42,639 nt of DNA from a bacterium (GCA_030698775.1 JAUYMJ010000010.1:1-42639); one strand, 5' to 3'; counted from the first letter of the stretch, positions 27,519-36,169 are shown. Notes: generated by a model not told the origin, from the letters alone. Program-made: numbers and translations.

Positions 27519-27958
27519 TTCAGGACACCCCTCTCAAGCTCTTCTTGAGAGTATTCGACCTGTTCGTCTGTAAGCGATGGGTCGTAGGCGGGATCAGGAT
27601 AATTAATCAGCCATCCCTCTTCCGTTCCGATGTTTTCAAGACCGGTTGCAACGTTACTTGGAATAAAGAGCCTTTGGGGATTTTGTGCATCCAAGATATG
27701 CTCAGTTCGTACCCACCTGTCACCCTCTCGCTCATAGGTGATTATCCTCATTTTCCCCCGAAGACAAATATATCTTGCAGTTCGAACCCTGTGTAAATGG
27801 TACCCTTTAAATGCGCCGGGAAATGCAACTGACATGTACACCTCTGTTTTTAATTGTGTCTCCTTGTCCTTGAATAGCTCCATCAGCCAACCATTTTCAG
27901 CTTTTTGATGGTCAACAGTCTTTACTTTTCTTGCCGGCTCAACTGTCACGTTACTCAT
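27515..27958 (-). CDS. rfbC: RmlC-like cupin (putative dTDP-4-dehydrorhamnose 3,5-epimerase)
   Basis: G.L.ELF, PG.FKGYHLH and L.IP..VA.G motifs; GGAGG upstream of ATG 27958; lies between rfbA and rfbB. Confidence 0.7.
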   Translation of the reverse strand: MSNVTVEPARKVKTVDHQKAENGWLMELFKDKETQLKTEVYMSVAFPGAFKGYHLHRVRTARYICLRGKMRIITYEREGDRWVRTEHILDAQNPQRLFIPSNVATGLENIGTEEGWLINYPDPAYDPSLTDEQVEYSQEELERGVLK

Positions 27959-28685
27959 CATCCCCTCCATGCTTCTCTGCCCAATAGGTATTTGCCTCAT
28001 AGAGACTCCTGAACGTGCCCGCATCACTCCAATAGCCATTTAAATTCGCCCACCTAAGCTTTCCCGAATCCAAATATTTATTGTTCACCTCGGTAATTTC
28101 GAGTTGCCCTCTCTCAGACGGCTTCAGGCCCTTTATATAAGGAAAGACCTTTGCATCATAGATGTAAAGGCCTGTCACGGCCATATCGCTTGGTGGATTT
28201 TCAGGTTTCTCAATAATCCGAACGATTTTTTTTGGGTCGTCTCTGTCAAATTCTGCAATTCCAAACCGATGCGGATCCTCAACGCTTCTCAAAAAAATAA
28301 CAGCGCCATCATGAAACCTTTTTACTTCGTTTGTAATGTCTGCATCTGTCGTATTATCCCCTAAAATCACGGCAACAGATTCTCCATCGGAAAAATCCTC
28401 TGCGAGCAACAGTGCATCTGCTATTCCCCCATCCGGCTTTGCTTGATAGGCATATTCCAGATGCTTTACTCCGAGTTCCGTACCGTTCTTCAGTACAGCT
28501 AAAAAATGACCGACGTGCGGACCGCTTGTGACAATCATGATATCCGTAATACCGGCACCAACGAGTGTTCTGATCGGGTAATAAATCATCGGTTTGTCAT
28601 AAACCGGGAGAAGGTGCTTGTTCGTTACATGGGTCAGAGGATACAACCTTGTCCCCAAACCACCAGCTAAAATAACCCCTTTCAT
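27951..28685 (-). CDS. rfbA: Glucose-1-phosphate thymidylyltransferase (short form)
   Basis: GVILAGG.GTRL.PLT...NKHLLPVYDKPMI, LGDN, RGQLEIT and W.DAGT motifs. Confidence 0.92.
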   Translation of the reverse strand: MKGVILAGGLGTRLYPLTHVTNKHLLPVYDKPMIYYPIRTLVGAGITDIMIVTSGPHVGHFLAVLKNGTELGVKHLEYAYQAKPDGGIADALLLAEDFSDGESVAVILGDNTTDADITNEVKRFHDGAVIFLRSVEDPHRFGIAEFDRDDPKKIVRIIEKPENPPSDMAVTGLYIYDAKVFPYIKGLKPSERGQLEITEVNNKYLDSGKLRWANLNGYWSDAGTFRSLYEANTYWAEKHGGDDE

Positions 28686-28688
28686 AGT

Positions 28689-28958
28689 TTATTTGAGAAG
28701 AAACAGGGTAAAGTATACAACACTTATGCCCAGCATTCCAATAAGAACATATTCTATCACAACCTTAGCGTGTACATCGTGATGGACATAGTGATGGAGA
28801 ATTGCCCAGGAAACATAGAAGACTGACATAAATACAGTTATTCCCATAATCAAGTTTATGTCATGAAGGCTTTGGAAAACGAGCACAAGACAACTGATAA
28901 GGACAACCAGCAGTCCGGAATAATACCAAAGATGTAGCTTGGTTTTGTAGTTCATCAT
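28689..28958 (-). CDS. Hypothetical small membrane protein (3 TM)
   Basis: Hydrophobic ORF with FYV.WAI.HH...HD...KV..EY; tightly packed in the operon. Confidence 0.75.
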   Translation of the reverse strand: MMNYKTKLHLWYYSGLLVVLISCLVLVFQSLHDINLIMGITVFMSVFYVSWAILHHYVHHDVHAKVVIEYVLIGMLGISVVYFTLFLLK

Positions 28959-29833
28959 ATAATTACTCCTTTTCCGATAAGAATTATCGTTGTTATTACA
29001 ACACTAATAAACATAATTGTATCAATATTGTGTGCAACAATTCGAACAATTTTCTTGTTCTTTAGAATCATTATATCGAGTAATAGAGTAAAGAAGAACA
29101 CAAAAAGCAGAACCAGTGAAATACCTTTAGTCGCATCCTTTACGTCCACGAGAGGCTGCGTTTGGAACGATGCGACCAAAGGTGACTGTTTCGAAATCGC
29201 GACTTGCTCCGCTTGAGGCACCTGTTGCGTTAGATCATTTCCTCTTGCATCTGCAATATCAGACGCCCCTTCTCTTCTCTTCCCAAACATCTCAACAACA
29301 AGCATCGTCTCATCGCCCGTAAGCGTCCCGGGAACGACAGCAAATCCGATATCCTTATAGTTGGGAGACAGCATATTTTCCCTGTGCCCGGGGCTTTGCA
29401 TCCAGGCGTTGATAACGTCAGATGAGGTGCTGAACCCTCTCGCAAGATTTTCACCTGCGTACAGATAATCATACCCTGACGACTTGATAAATACCCATGG
29501 CGTTGTCCCGTTTGGGCTATTGTGCGCCCAATAGTTTCCTGCAAACATATCCGCAGCTTTTTGCGAAGCAGCTTCCGATAATACCGGGTCAAGCTGCACG
29601 GGTGGTAATCCATTTTCCTCCCTTTTCTTGTTTGTCAGAGACAATAACTCCGTTACTGCAATATCAGTACGGAGCCCTAAGATGTCCCCGCGTTTCTCGT
29701 GTAAGAAAGAAAACGAAAACTCTAAAACGAACAGTAGAACAATTACGGCAAGAAGGCTCGTATGGTGGAGAATACGAGCACGATGATTATTTGACTCACG
29801 TGGGAGAAAGAGATGGTGCAGGAAGTCTCTCAT
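28955..29833 (-). CDS. CAP/SCP domain membrane-anchored protein
   Basis: TN..R...GL, KA.DM....YWAH, AGENLA and WM.SPGHR.N motifs; TM helices at both ends. Confidence 0.9.
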   Translation of the reverse strand: MRDFLHHLFLPRESNNHRARILHHTSLLAVIVLLFVLEFSFSFLHEKRGDILGLRTDIAVTELLSLTNKKREENGLPPVQLDPVLSEAASQKAADMFAGNYWAHNSPNGTTPWVFIKSSGYDYLYAGENLARGFSTSSDVINAWMQSPGHRENMLSPNYKDIGFAVVPGTLTGDETMLVVEMFGKRREGASDIADARGNDLTQQVPQAEQVAISKQSPLVASFQTQPLVDVKDATKGISLVLLFVFFFTLLLDIMILKNKKIVRIVAHNIDTIMFISVVITTIILIGKGVII

Positions 29834-29850
29834 GTACTGTCAGGTATACA

Positions 29851-30165
29851 TTAACTATACACTGGTTGGACAAACGTGCCAACAGGCATTCCGTTGACAG
29901 GGATAGTGAGGAGAAAACCGAGAGTATTTGTGATTGCTACCCCCACTCTGAGGCCAGTAAAAGAACCCGGACCGACGTTTACTTGTATCTCCTGAATATC
30001 TTTCATAGTAAGCTTATGCTTTTGTAAAAGCGTATCTACCAAAGGCAACACGGCCTGTGCTTTTTTCTTATCCATTTTTTCTTTGAGTGTATGCATCTTC
30101 CCGTCAATCCCCAGTGAAACAAACACGAACTCCCTACCTGATGTATCGATTGAAAGCGTAGTCAT
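29851..30165 (-). CDS. tsaB: t6A biosynthesis protein TsaB (short, N-terminal domain only)
   Basis: L.IDTS and GPGSFTGLRVG motifs; 104 aa. Confidence 0.88.
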   Translation of the reverse strand: MTTLSIDTSGREFVFVSLGIDGKMHTLKEKMDKKKAQAVLPLVDTLLQKHKLTMKDIQEIQVNVGPGSFTGLRVGVAITNTLGFLLTIPVNGMPVGTFVQPVYS

Positions 30166-30213
30166 ACATGGTATTTTAGCTTGGGGATTGGAAGAAGTAA
30201 ATACGCTGGGCGG

Positions 30214-30672
30214 TTACGGGTTATCGACCTTTTGTTCTACCTCATTTGGGGTAACAGGTTTTATCATCTGCATGAGATGAACGAGTCCGAAAGCAATAAG
30301 GAGATATACGAGCGCAGCGATAATCGTCGACCACTCAAAAATAGAATTTCCGGAGATGGAAACGGGCAGGATACCACTAAATGGCATTGCAAGCGGATTA
30401 CTTAGCGCGTAAACAAGCGTTGTAAATCCGCTTGTTGGGTTTGCACCGAGAGCTTTGAGGACCATACGAAACCCGAGCAAGACCTCAATCACTGCGAGGA
30501 TATACCAAATAATTTGATAGGTCCGGAAAATCGTTTTCTTCTTCTCAAAAACTTGTTGGGGAGGCTCTGTCTTCACTGGCGGAGGAGTTACCTTGGTCGT
30601 CGTCTTCACCACCTGCTGAGGTGCAGCTGTTGAAACCGTCGTCACCTCTTCAGTCTGCTTCGTCTCTTCCAT
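30214..30672 (-). CDS. YggT-like membrane protein
   Basis: LL.FR..LK.LGANP..GF...VY..S.PL..PF.GI pattern. Confidence 0.7.
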   Translation of the reverse strand: MEETKQTEEVTTVSTAAPQQVVKTTTKVTPPPVKTEPPQQVFEKKKTIFRTYQIIWYILAVIEVLLGFRMVLKALGANPTSGFTTLVYALSNPLAMPFSGILPVSISGNSIFEWSTIIAALVYLLIAFGLVHLMQMIKPVTPNEVEQKVDNP

Positions 30673-30728
30673 AAATGTATAATGTCAGCTGAAATGATTT
30701 TTGTCAAGAAATTGAATGCACGGTTCGC

Positions 30729-31313
30729 TCATGCTAGCTCAACGATCACTGCATCTTGGCGAAGAATTTTCCAAGGAGTGACTGAACAGTCGATGACTGT
30801 TGACGCTTGTTTGATAGTACATGCTCCTTCCATAACGAGATCCACTAACTTCACTAGTTCTGGGTCGAGATCTTCAAATGCGTACGGAGTTTTTTGGCCA
30901 TGAAAATTTGCTGAAGGGCCAAGGATTGGCTTTCCGAACCCTTGGATAATAGCTCGGGCAATAGGATGATTTGGGATCCGAACGCCAAGCGTCCCGGTTC
31001 CACCACGAACCAATTGTGGAACTTTCTCAGTTAAACATGGCAAAACAATCGTTAACGCACCCGGCCAGTAAGGCTCAATAAGTTTATCAATAACCTCTCT
31101 CGGGATCGGAAGCAGGTAGTCCTGGGCCATTTTTACCGTATCAACCAATACCGGTGCCGCCTGCGTTTCAGGCCTTCTCCGTATCCGAAACAAGCGCTTA
31201 ATCGCCTCTTCATTATCAATTGCACACCCGATTCCAAAGGCGGTATCTGTAGGAAAGATGATTATTCCTCCTCGCTGTAAAACTCTAACTGCTTGTCTAA
31301 CTTGGTCTTCCAT
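30729..31313 (-). CDS. tsaC: L-threonylcarbamoyladenylate synthase (TsaC/YrdC)
   Basis: FPTDT.FG.GC, WPG.LT, GVRIP, PSAN and STVID motifs; no Sua5 extension. Confidence 0.93.
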   Translation of the reverse strand: MEDQVRQAVRVLQRGGIIIFPTDTAFGIGCAIDNEEAIKRLFRIRRRPETQAAPVLVDTVKMAQDYLLPIPREVIDKLIEPYWPGALTIVLPCLTEKVPQLVRGGTGTLGVRIPNHPIARAIIQGFGKPILGPSANFHGQKTPYAFEDLDPELVKLVDLVMEGACTIKQASTVIDCSVTPWKILRQDAVIVELA

Positions 31314-31316
31314 AAT

Positions 31317-31400
31317 AATTTCTCATTGATCTAATTGTTCTAATTTCTAAAAAAATCCCAAATTAAACATTGTTTAGATCAATTAGGTAAATTAGAAATT
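31317..31400. repeat. AT-rich imperfect inverted repeat with about 9-nt internal periodicity
   Basis: 27-nt arms at 31317-31343 and 31374-31400 match at 23/27 positions; built from CTAATT(G/T) units. Confidence 0.7.
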
Positions 31401-31845
31401 AGGTCAATTTATTTATCGTAATCTTCCTCTTCTCCTCATCCATATACTCAAACCTCACATCAACTCGTTTATTAGGTACATATTCACCCATTTTCTCCGC
31501 CCACTCAATGAGGACGAGGTTTGTCGGATCCTTCATAAGATCAAGGATCCCTAAATCAAGTACCTCTTTAGGATTTTGTACCCGGTAAAGATCAATATGA
31601 TATAAATTTGCAAACTGTAAGGTGGAACTTTTAACTTGTAACGTATAATTACGTATTACAACAAATGTCGGCGATATCATCCGTCTTGTAATCCCAAGTG
31701 CTTTCCCGATGCCTTGGGAAAACGTTGTTTTTCCGCTCCCGAGGTCCCCATAAAGAGCGAGGACATTATTTCCCTGAAGTGAGGCAAGAAGCTTCGCTGC
31801 AAATTTCTTTGTATCCTCTGCTGAGTGAGTAATAATAGTCTTCAT
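31399..31845 (-). CDS. tsaE: t6A biosynthesis ATPase TsaE
   Basis: L.GDLGSGKTTF, SPTF, HIDLYR and IEWAE motifs. Confidence 0.95.
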   Translation of the reverse strand: MKTIITHSAEDTKKFAAKLLASLQGNNVLALYGDLGSGKTTFSQGIGKALGITRRMISPTFVVIRNYTLQVKSSTLQFANLYHIDLYRVQNPKEVLDLGILDLMKDPTNLVLIEWAEKMGEYVPNKRVDVRFEYMDEEKRKITINKLT

Positions 31846-31863
31846 TTCTATTCATTTATTATA

Positions 31864-32742
31864 CTATATCTCTCCTTCTCTTCGCTTTTTAAGGTAAAAA
31901 TACACCGCCGACAACAGGCTGGCCCCGGCGACCGGCAAAACAACAAAAAGATACGAGGATCCCCCCTGAGGAGTGGTCTCCTCTTCGTTCTCATCCGACA
32001 GCATTTCTGTCGGAGCGAGATTTTTTGTACTTGCCCCCAGAACCGCAGTCGGATAGGTCTTTGTCACAACGGGAATAGAGGTGACATTTCTCACGAGTAA
32101 TGCTCTTGTGGATGGTGAGGTGGATGATAAAGTTGGTGAAGGGTCCGTCTTAGTGGAAGTTGGGGACGTCTTTGTTGGCGTTGGGGTTTTCGTCGGAGTA
32201 GGCGATTTAACAGGTGTAGGAGTTTTTGTGGGTGTCGGAGTTTTGGTGGGCGTTGGGGTTTTCGTCGGCGTCTCCGTTGGGGGAATTATTTGTGCGATGT
32301 CATTGTTTGATTGTCCCTTCGTCGATGAAGAGAGAAGTATAAATGATCCTGTTCCGTCGGGCTTTCTGCCTATTGTTTGCGATTCTGAGGAAGGGGCCGG
32401 GAGTGAAGCAGAGCCATAACCAATACTATCATAATTCGTATTATCGGAGGCGTTAACCAGCCTCACCATATCACTGGGTTTGTCCAATCTGTTGCTGAAA
32501 TCAAATGCTTTTATCTCGCCTGGACCTAAACTTCCCGAGAGAACTACCTTATTGCTCTCTGTACTATCCCGAATCAATAAATTGCCAATATCAACAGGTG
32601 ATGAACTGATATTGACCAATTCCACCCAGTCATCACTTGTGAAACTTGAGAACTCGTTTATGACAACATCCGCTGCAAGCGCAGGAGAAGCACCGTTGAA
32701 GAAGGAAAACAATACGATAGAGAGAAATAACTTCTTTGACGT
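31864..32742 (-). CDS. Secreted, membrane-anchored lamin-tail-domain protein with Pro/Thr-rich linker
   Basis: Signal peptide, VVINEF..DWVEL.N, GR.PDG, TPTPTK repeats and C-terminal TM plus KKRR; start uncertain (ACG 32742 versus TTG 32814). Confidence 0.8.
   Translation of the reverse strand, partial: TSKKLFLSIVLFSFFNGASPALAADVVINEFSSFTSDDWVELVNISSSPVDIGNLLIRDSTESNKVVLSGSLGPGEIKAFDFSNRLDKPSDMVRLVNASDNTNYDSIGYGSASLPAPSSESQTIGRKPDGTGSFILLSSSTKGQSNNDIAQIIPPTETPTKTPTPTKTPTPTKTPTPVKSPTPTKTPTPTKTSPTSTKTDPSPTLSSTSPSTRALLVRNVTSIPVVTKTYPTAVLGASTKNLAPTEMLSDENEEETTPQGGSSYLFVVLPVAGASLLSAVYFYLKKRREGEI
32168..32280 (-). repeat. Degenerate 18-bp coding tandem repeat (TPTPTK)n
   Basis: About 6 hexapeptide units; GGCGTTGGGGTTTTCGTCGG occurs twice. 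Confidence 0.8.
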
Positions 32743-32752
32743 ACTTTCCTGT

Positions 32753-32781
32753 AGCGTATGCCTAAGAAAGTAAATTTGCAA
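32753..32781 (-). promoter_or_regulatory. Sigma70-type promoter for the lamin-tail gene
   Basis: TTGCAA-N17-TACGCT on the minus strand. Confidence 0.6.
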
Positions 32782-32818
32782 GAGGAATTGATGTAAGCGC
32801 TCAGGAGTTTCCAAAACT

Positions 32819-32890
32819 TCGTCATCGCGAGGTCGCCTAAGGCGACCGTGGCGATCTCCTGAGATTGCTTCGCTACGCTCGCAATGACGA
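32819..32890. repeat. REPIN/MITE-like hairpin element, copy B
   Basis: TCGTCATCGCGAG...CTCGCAATGACGA termini; left 37 nt match copy A at 31/37 positions. Confidence 0.8.
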
Positions 32891-32924
32891 TTTCTTTGTC
32901 AAATCCTGAGGGGTTACGAATCGA

Positions 32925-33791
32925 TTACTTAAGATAACGAAGCACAGCGAGGAATGATGAAAGTGTCCCGAGAATTATCGCAACGATAAATTCTGCAACG
33001 AGTAGCCCAAGCAAGAAAAAAAGCGGCACAGGCAAAAGCGGAATTGATCCGAGAAATGACTGCAGATACGGTGTCGCATATACCAAACCGACCGATGCGA
33101 TAAGCCATCCAAAAAAAGCACCAACAATCCCGTAAAGAATACCCTCAAGGAGAAACGGCCAACGGATGTACCAATTTGTTGCGGAGAGAAGCCGCATAAT
33201 CTCGATTTCATCCCGTTTTTGTGAAATCTTGAAACCAATGATCGTTGCCATAATAAATACCGACACGACCGACAACACCACAATGACGGCAATGCCGATA
33301 CGCCTCAATGCCGTGGTCCATGACGATAACGTTTGGACAACATCTTTCTGAAAAATCACTTCGGAAACGATCGGGGAACTTCTCAGGGAATCGGCAATCG
33401 GCGAGAGGTCATCAATTTTATTCGCAGATACTTCAAGTGATGAGGGCAGGATATCAGACGTTACCAGATCCAACAACAGAGGATCGTTTTTGTTCTGCTC
33501 CCTGTAAATTTTCAGTGCGTCCTGTTTTGAAACGAACTTCACATCGGCGACTTGCTCACTCTGTTTCATGCTCTGTGTCAACGCATCAATATCAGCTTGC
33601 TTGGCATCTGTCTTAAAAAATGCGGTAACCTGTGGCTTGGATTCAAAAAAGGCAATTATCTTTGAGGAACCGATTGTCACCATTGAGAAGATGGATATCG
33701 CAAGAAACGTTAGCATCATGATCATAATTGCCGCTAATGCCTGGTACGGAGATCTTCTGATATGGTTCCATGCTGTTGTCACCGATTTCAT
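32925..33791 (-). CDS. ftsX: Cell division permease FtsX
   Basis: 4-TM layout; FVSK..AL and EIEIMRL..AT.WYIRWPFLLEG motifs; downstream of ftsE. Confidence 0.92.
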   Translation of the reverse strand: MKSVTTAWNHIRRSPYQALAAIMIMMLTFLAISIFSMVTIGSSKIIAFFESKPQVTAFFKTDAKQADIDALTQSMKQSEQVADVKFVSKQDALKIYREQNKNDPLLLDLVTSDILPSSLEVSANKIDDLSPIADSLRSSPIVSEVIFQKDVVQTLSSWTTALRRIGIAVIVVLSVVSVFIMATIIGFKISQKRDEIEIMRLLSATNWYIRWPFLLEGILYGIVGAFFGWLIASVGLVYATPYLQSFLGSIPLLPVPLFFLLGLLVAEFIVAIILGTLSSFLAVLRYLK

Positions 33792-34510
33792 TTCAGTACC
33801 CCCTCAGGTTTTACAGTTTCTTTTTCTTTCTTTTCACTATGTGATTTGGGCTTTTCATCTTTTTTGAGAGATCCTTTTTCTAGAGTAATCACACGCTTTA
33901 AGAGACTATTGACGACATCGGTATTGTGCGTTGCCATTACAACGGTCGTCCCAAGTGCATTGATATCCTGGAGAAGCTTCACGATCTCCCAGGAAGTCGT
34001 CGCATCCAGATTGCCTGTCGGCTCATCAGCAAGCAGAATTTCCGGTGAAAAAACAAGCGCTCTCGCTATGGCAGCCCGCTGCAATTCACCACCGGACAGC
34101 TGCACAGGAAATTTATCTTTGTGCTCTCCGATACCGACTTGCTCAAGGATCTTACTCACTTGCTCTTTTGCAGCTTTTTGGTCAAGATTTGCCATTTCTA
34201 AAGGCAGCATAATATTCTCAAAAATCGTCCTGTCCATAAGCATCTTCAGATCCTGAAAGACGACACCAATCCTTTTACGCAGATGGGGAATCTTGCTGTT
34301 TGGGATCTTTGTGATGTCTAAATCACCTAAAAAAATTGATCCCGTTGTCGGGACCATATCGTGTATGAGAAGCCTGAGAAGGGTCGTTTTTCCGGATCCC
34401 GAGGGGCCAACAACAAAGACGAACTCCCCCTTCTCAATTGCGAGTGTGAGTTCAATAAGAGCAGATGCTCCTGTTCCAAATGTTTTTGTTACATTCTCGA
34501 GTCTAATCAT
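33788..34510 (-). CDS. ftsE: Cell division ATPase FtsE
   Basis: GPSGSGKTT, IP.LR..IGVVFQD, LSGGE.QR, ADEPTGNLD and GTTV.MATH motifs. Confidence 0.92.
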   Translation of the reverse strand: MIRLENVTKTFGTGASALIELTLAIEKGEFVFVVGPSGSGKTTLLRLLIHDMVPTTGSIFLGDLDITKIPNSKIPHLRKRIGVVFQDLKMLMDRTIFENIMLPLEMANLDQKAAKEQVSKILEQVGIGEHKDKFPVQLSGGELQRAAIARALVFSPEILLADEPTGNLDATTSWEIVKLLQDINALGTTVVMATHNTDVVNSLLKRVITLEKGSLKKDEKPKSHSEKKEKETVKPEGVLK

Positions 34511-34513
34511 GTG

Positions 34514-34608
34514 AGCAGAAACAATAAATTTCCAATTTCAAATGTCAAATGAAGAAATGTATTGGAAATTGGGTATTTGAAATTGGTATTTATTTGAAAT
34601 TTCCTGCT
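34514..34608. repeat. AT-rich imperfect inverted repeat with heptamer periodicity
   Basis: CCAATTTCAAAT/ATTTGAAATTGG perfect 12 bp plus AATAAAT/ATTTATT and AGCAG/CTGCT. Confidence 0.7.
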
Positions 34609-35079
34609 TTAGAGGACCTCTACTCGTCCAACATCCATTAACCATCCTGCTTTTCGAGCAGCCTGTGTTTCCCCCCACACCTTCACTTTCTTTCCTTTAA
34701 ACTCAGAAAGGTCAACAAGCGAGGACGTCATATACACATTTTGGCTGACACCTCCCGGACGCTCTAAATGATATTGCCCTTCACCATCTATACCGCCGTC
34801 TTTTAAGACCCCCTCGGCAGTATCTTTAAACGTTTTTGTATCGTTTGAGCCATAGATTTTCCCTTTTTGGACACCTCCTGCCGTTGAAGAACTTGCGCCC
34901 CCTGGGAGAATGCCTCCGCCGCCGCTTTTGGCGAGGACAAAACCGGTCCCGACACCGAGAATAGCCACAACGACGAGAATGATAGCAACTTTCTTCATAT
35001 CAAATTCCTCCTTTGGCAGAAGATCATGCATGATCTTCTCTTCAGGCTCAATTTTCTTTGTAGCATTTTTTTCCTCCAC
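34609..35079 (-). CDS. Hypothetical single-TM protein with beta-rich extracellular domain
   Basis: TM helix, Gly/Ser linker and a C-terminal domain (EG..HL.RPGG..Q.VY.TSS..DL...G.KV.VWG.T); start uncertain. Confidence 0.75.
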   Translation of the reverse strand: MEEKNATKKIEPEEKIMHDLLPKEEFDMKKVAIILVVVAILGVGTGFVLAKSGGGGILPGGASSSTAGGVQKGKIYGSNDTKTFKDTAEGVLKDGGIDGEGQYHLERPGGVSQNVYMTSSLVDLSEFKGKKVKVWGETQAARKAGWLMDVGRVEVL

Positions 35080-35161
35080 GAACTATCACCCAGTAGTAGT
35101 TAACCATATTTTCTAAAACTTTACAACCCCGGAGGCTTTTTTTCGTGAGAAGTACAGGTAG

Positions 35162-36169
35162 CTAAGACAGTTTTCTGAGCTCTTCCTCAATAAACATATC
35201 TAAATCTCCATCCAGCACAGCTTGAGTATTGCCTGTCTCATATTCAGTACGCAAGTCTTTAACCATCTGGTAAGGGTGCAGGACGTAGGAACGGATTTGG
35301 TTGCCCCAACCGGGTGTCTTATACCCTCCTTTCAATTTCGCCTCTTCTTTCCTGCGTTCTTCCTCACGAAGCAGCCACAATTTCGCCCGAAGATGTTTCA
35401 TCGCGTATTCCCTGTTCTGGTTTTGATACCGCTCAGTGGATGCAGTCACGACAATACCTGTTGGCTTATGTTTGATACGAACAGCTGTTGAGACTTTGTT
35501 CACGTTTTGGCCACCATGGCCACCTGCACGAAACGCATCAAATTCAATATCTTCGTCTTTTATTTCAATATCGGGATCCTGATCAATCTGGGGGAGAACC
35601 TCCACAAGGGCAAAAGACGTTTGCCTGAGATTATCCGCATTAAATGGCGACTGACGGACAAGCCGATGCGTCCCTGCCTCATATTTGAGAAACCCATAGG
35701 CGTATTTGCCGTTCACGCTAATAACGACGCTTTTTATTCCCGCTTCTTCACCGGGAGTCTGCTCTATTACCTCATATCCCCAGCCCTTCCGTTCAAAATA
35801 CCTCGTGTACATCCGAAAAAGCATCTCCGCCCAATCCATCGCCTCAGTCCCTCCCTGTCCGGAGTGGATTGAGAGAATTGCTGCGGATTCATCATACTTG
35901 CCGGAGAAAAATAAGAACTCTTCGAGCTTATCGAGCAGTCCTTCAGCCTCTTTTTCATTTCCCTCATCAAGGTAGAGCTTCAAAAGCTCCATCTCTTCGA
36001 TCTCATTTTGAAGGCTAGAGAGCTCTTTCATTTTCTCACCGGCTCCTTTATGGTCCTGCCAAAAATCAGGCATCATGCTTTCACCTGTAAGCTCTTTTAT
36101 TTGCCTTCGCTTTTCATCAAGATCCAGTTTTTTGAGAAGTTTGTTATAGCGGGCCCTAAGTTCTTCCAT
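35162..36169 (-). CDS. prfB: Peptide chain release factor 2
   Basis: GGTEA.DWA.ML, SPF tripeptide, GGQNVNK and WG.QIRSYV motifs. Confidence 0.97.
   Translation of the reverse strand: MEELRARYNKLLKKLDLDEKRRQIKELTGESMMPDFWQDHKGAGEKMKELSSLQNEIEEMELLKLYLDEGNEKEAEGLLDKLEEFLFFSGKYDESAAILSIHSGQGGTEAMDWAEMLFRMYTRYFERKGWGYEVIEQTPGEEAGIKSVVISVNGKYAYGFLKYEAGTHRLVRQSPFNADNLRQTSFALVEVLPQIDQDPDIEIKDEDIEFDAFRAGGHGGQNVNKVSTAVRIKHKPTGIVVTASTERYQNQNREYAMKHLRAKLWLLREEERRKEEAKLKGGYKTPGWGNQIRSYVLHPYQMVKDLRTEYETGNTQAVLDGDLDMFIEEELRKLS

Noticed and set aside
27959-28039. N-terminal extension of the cupin ORF
   Set aside because: Overlaps rfbA; GGAGG points to ATG 27958
32168-32280. Tandem repeats as a possible CRISPR array
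   Set aside because: 18-bp codon-degenerate units encoding a Pro/Thr linker, no spacers and no cas genes
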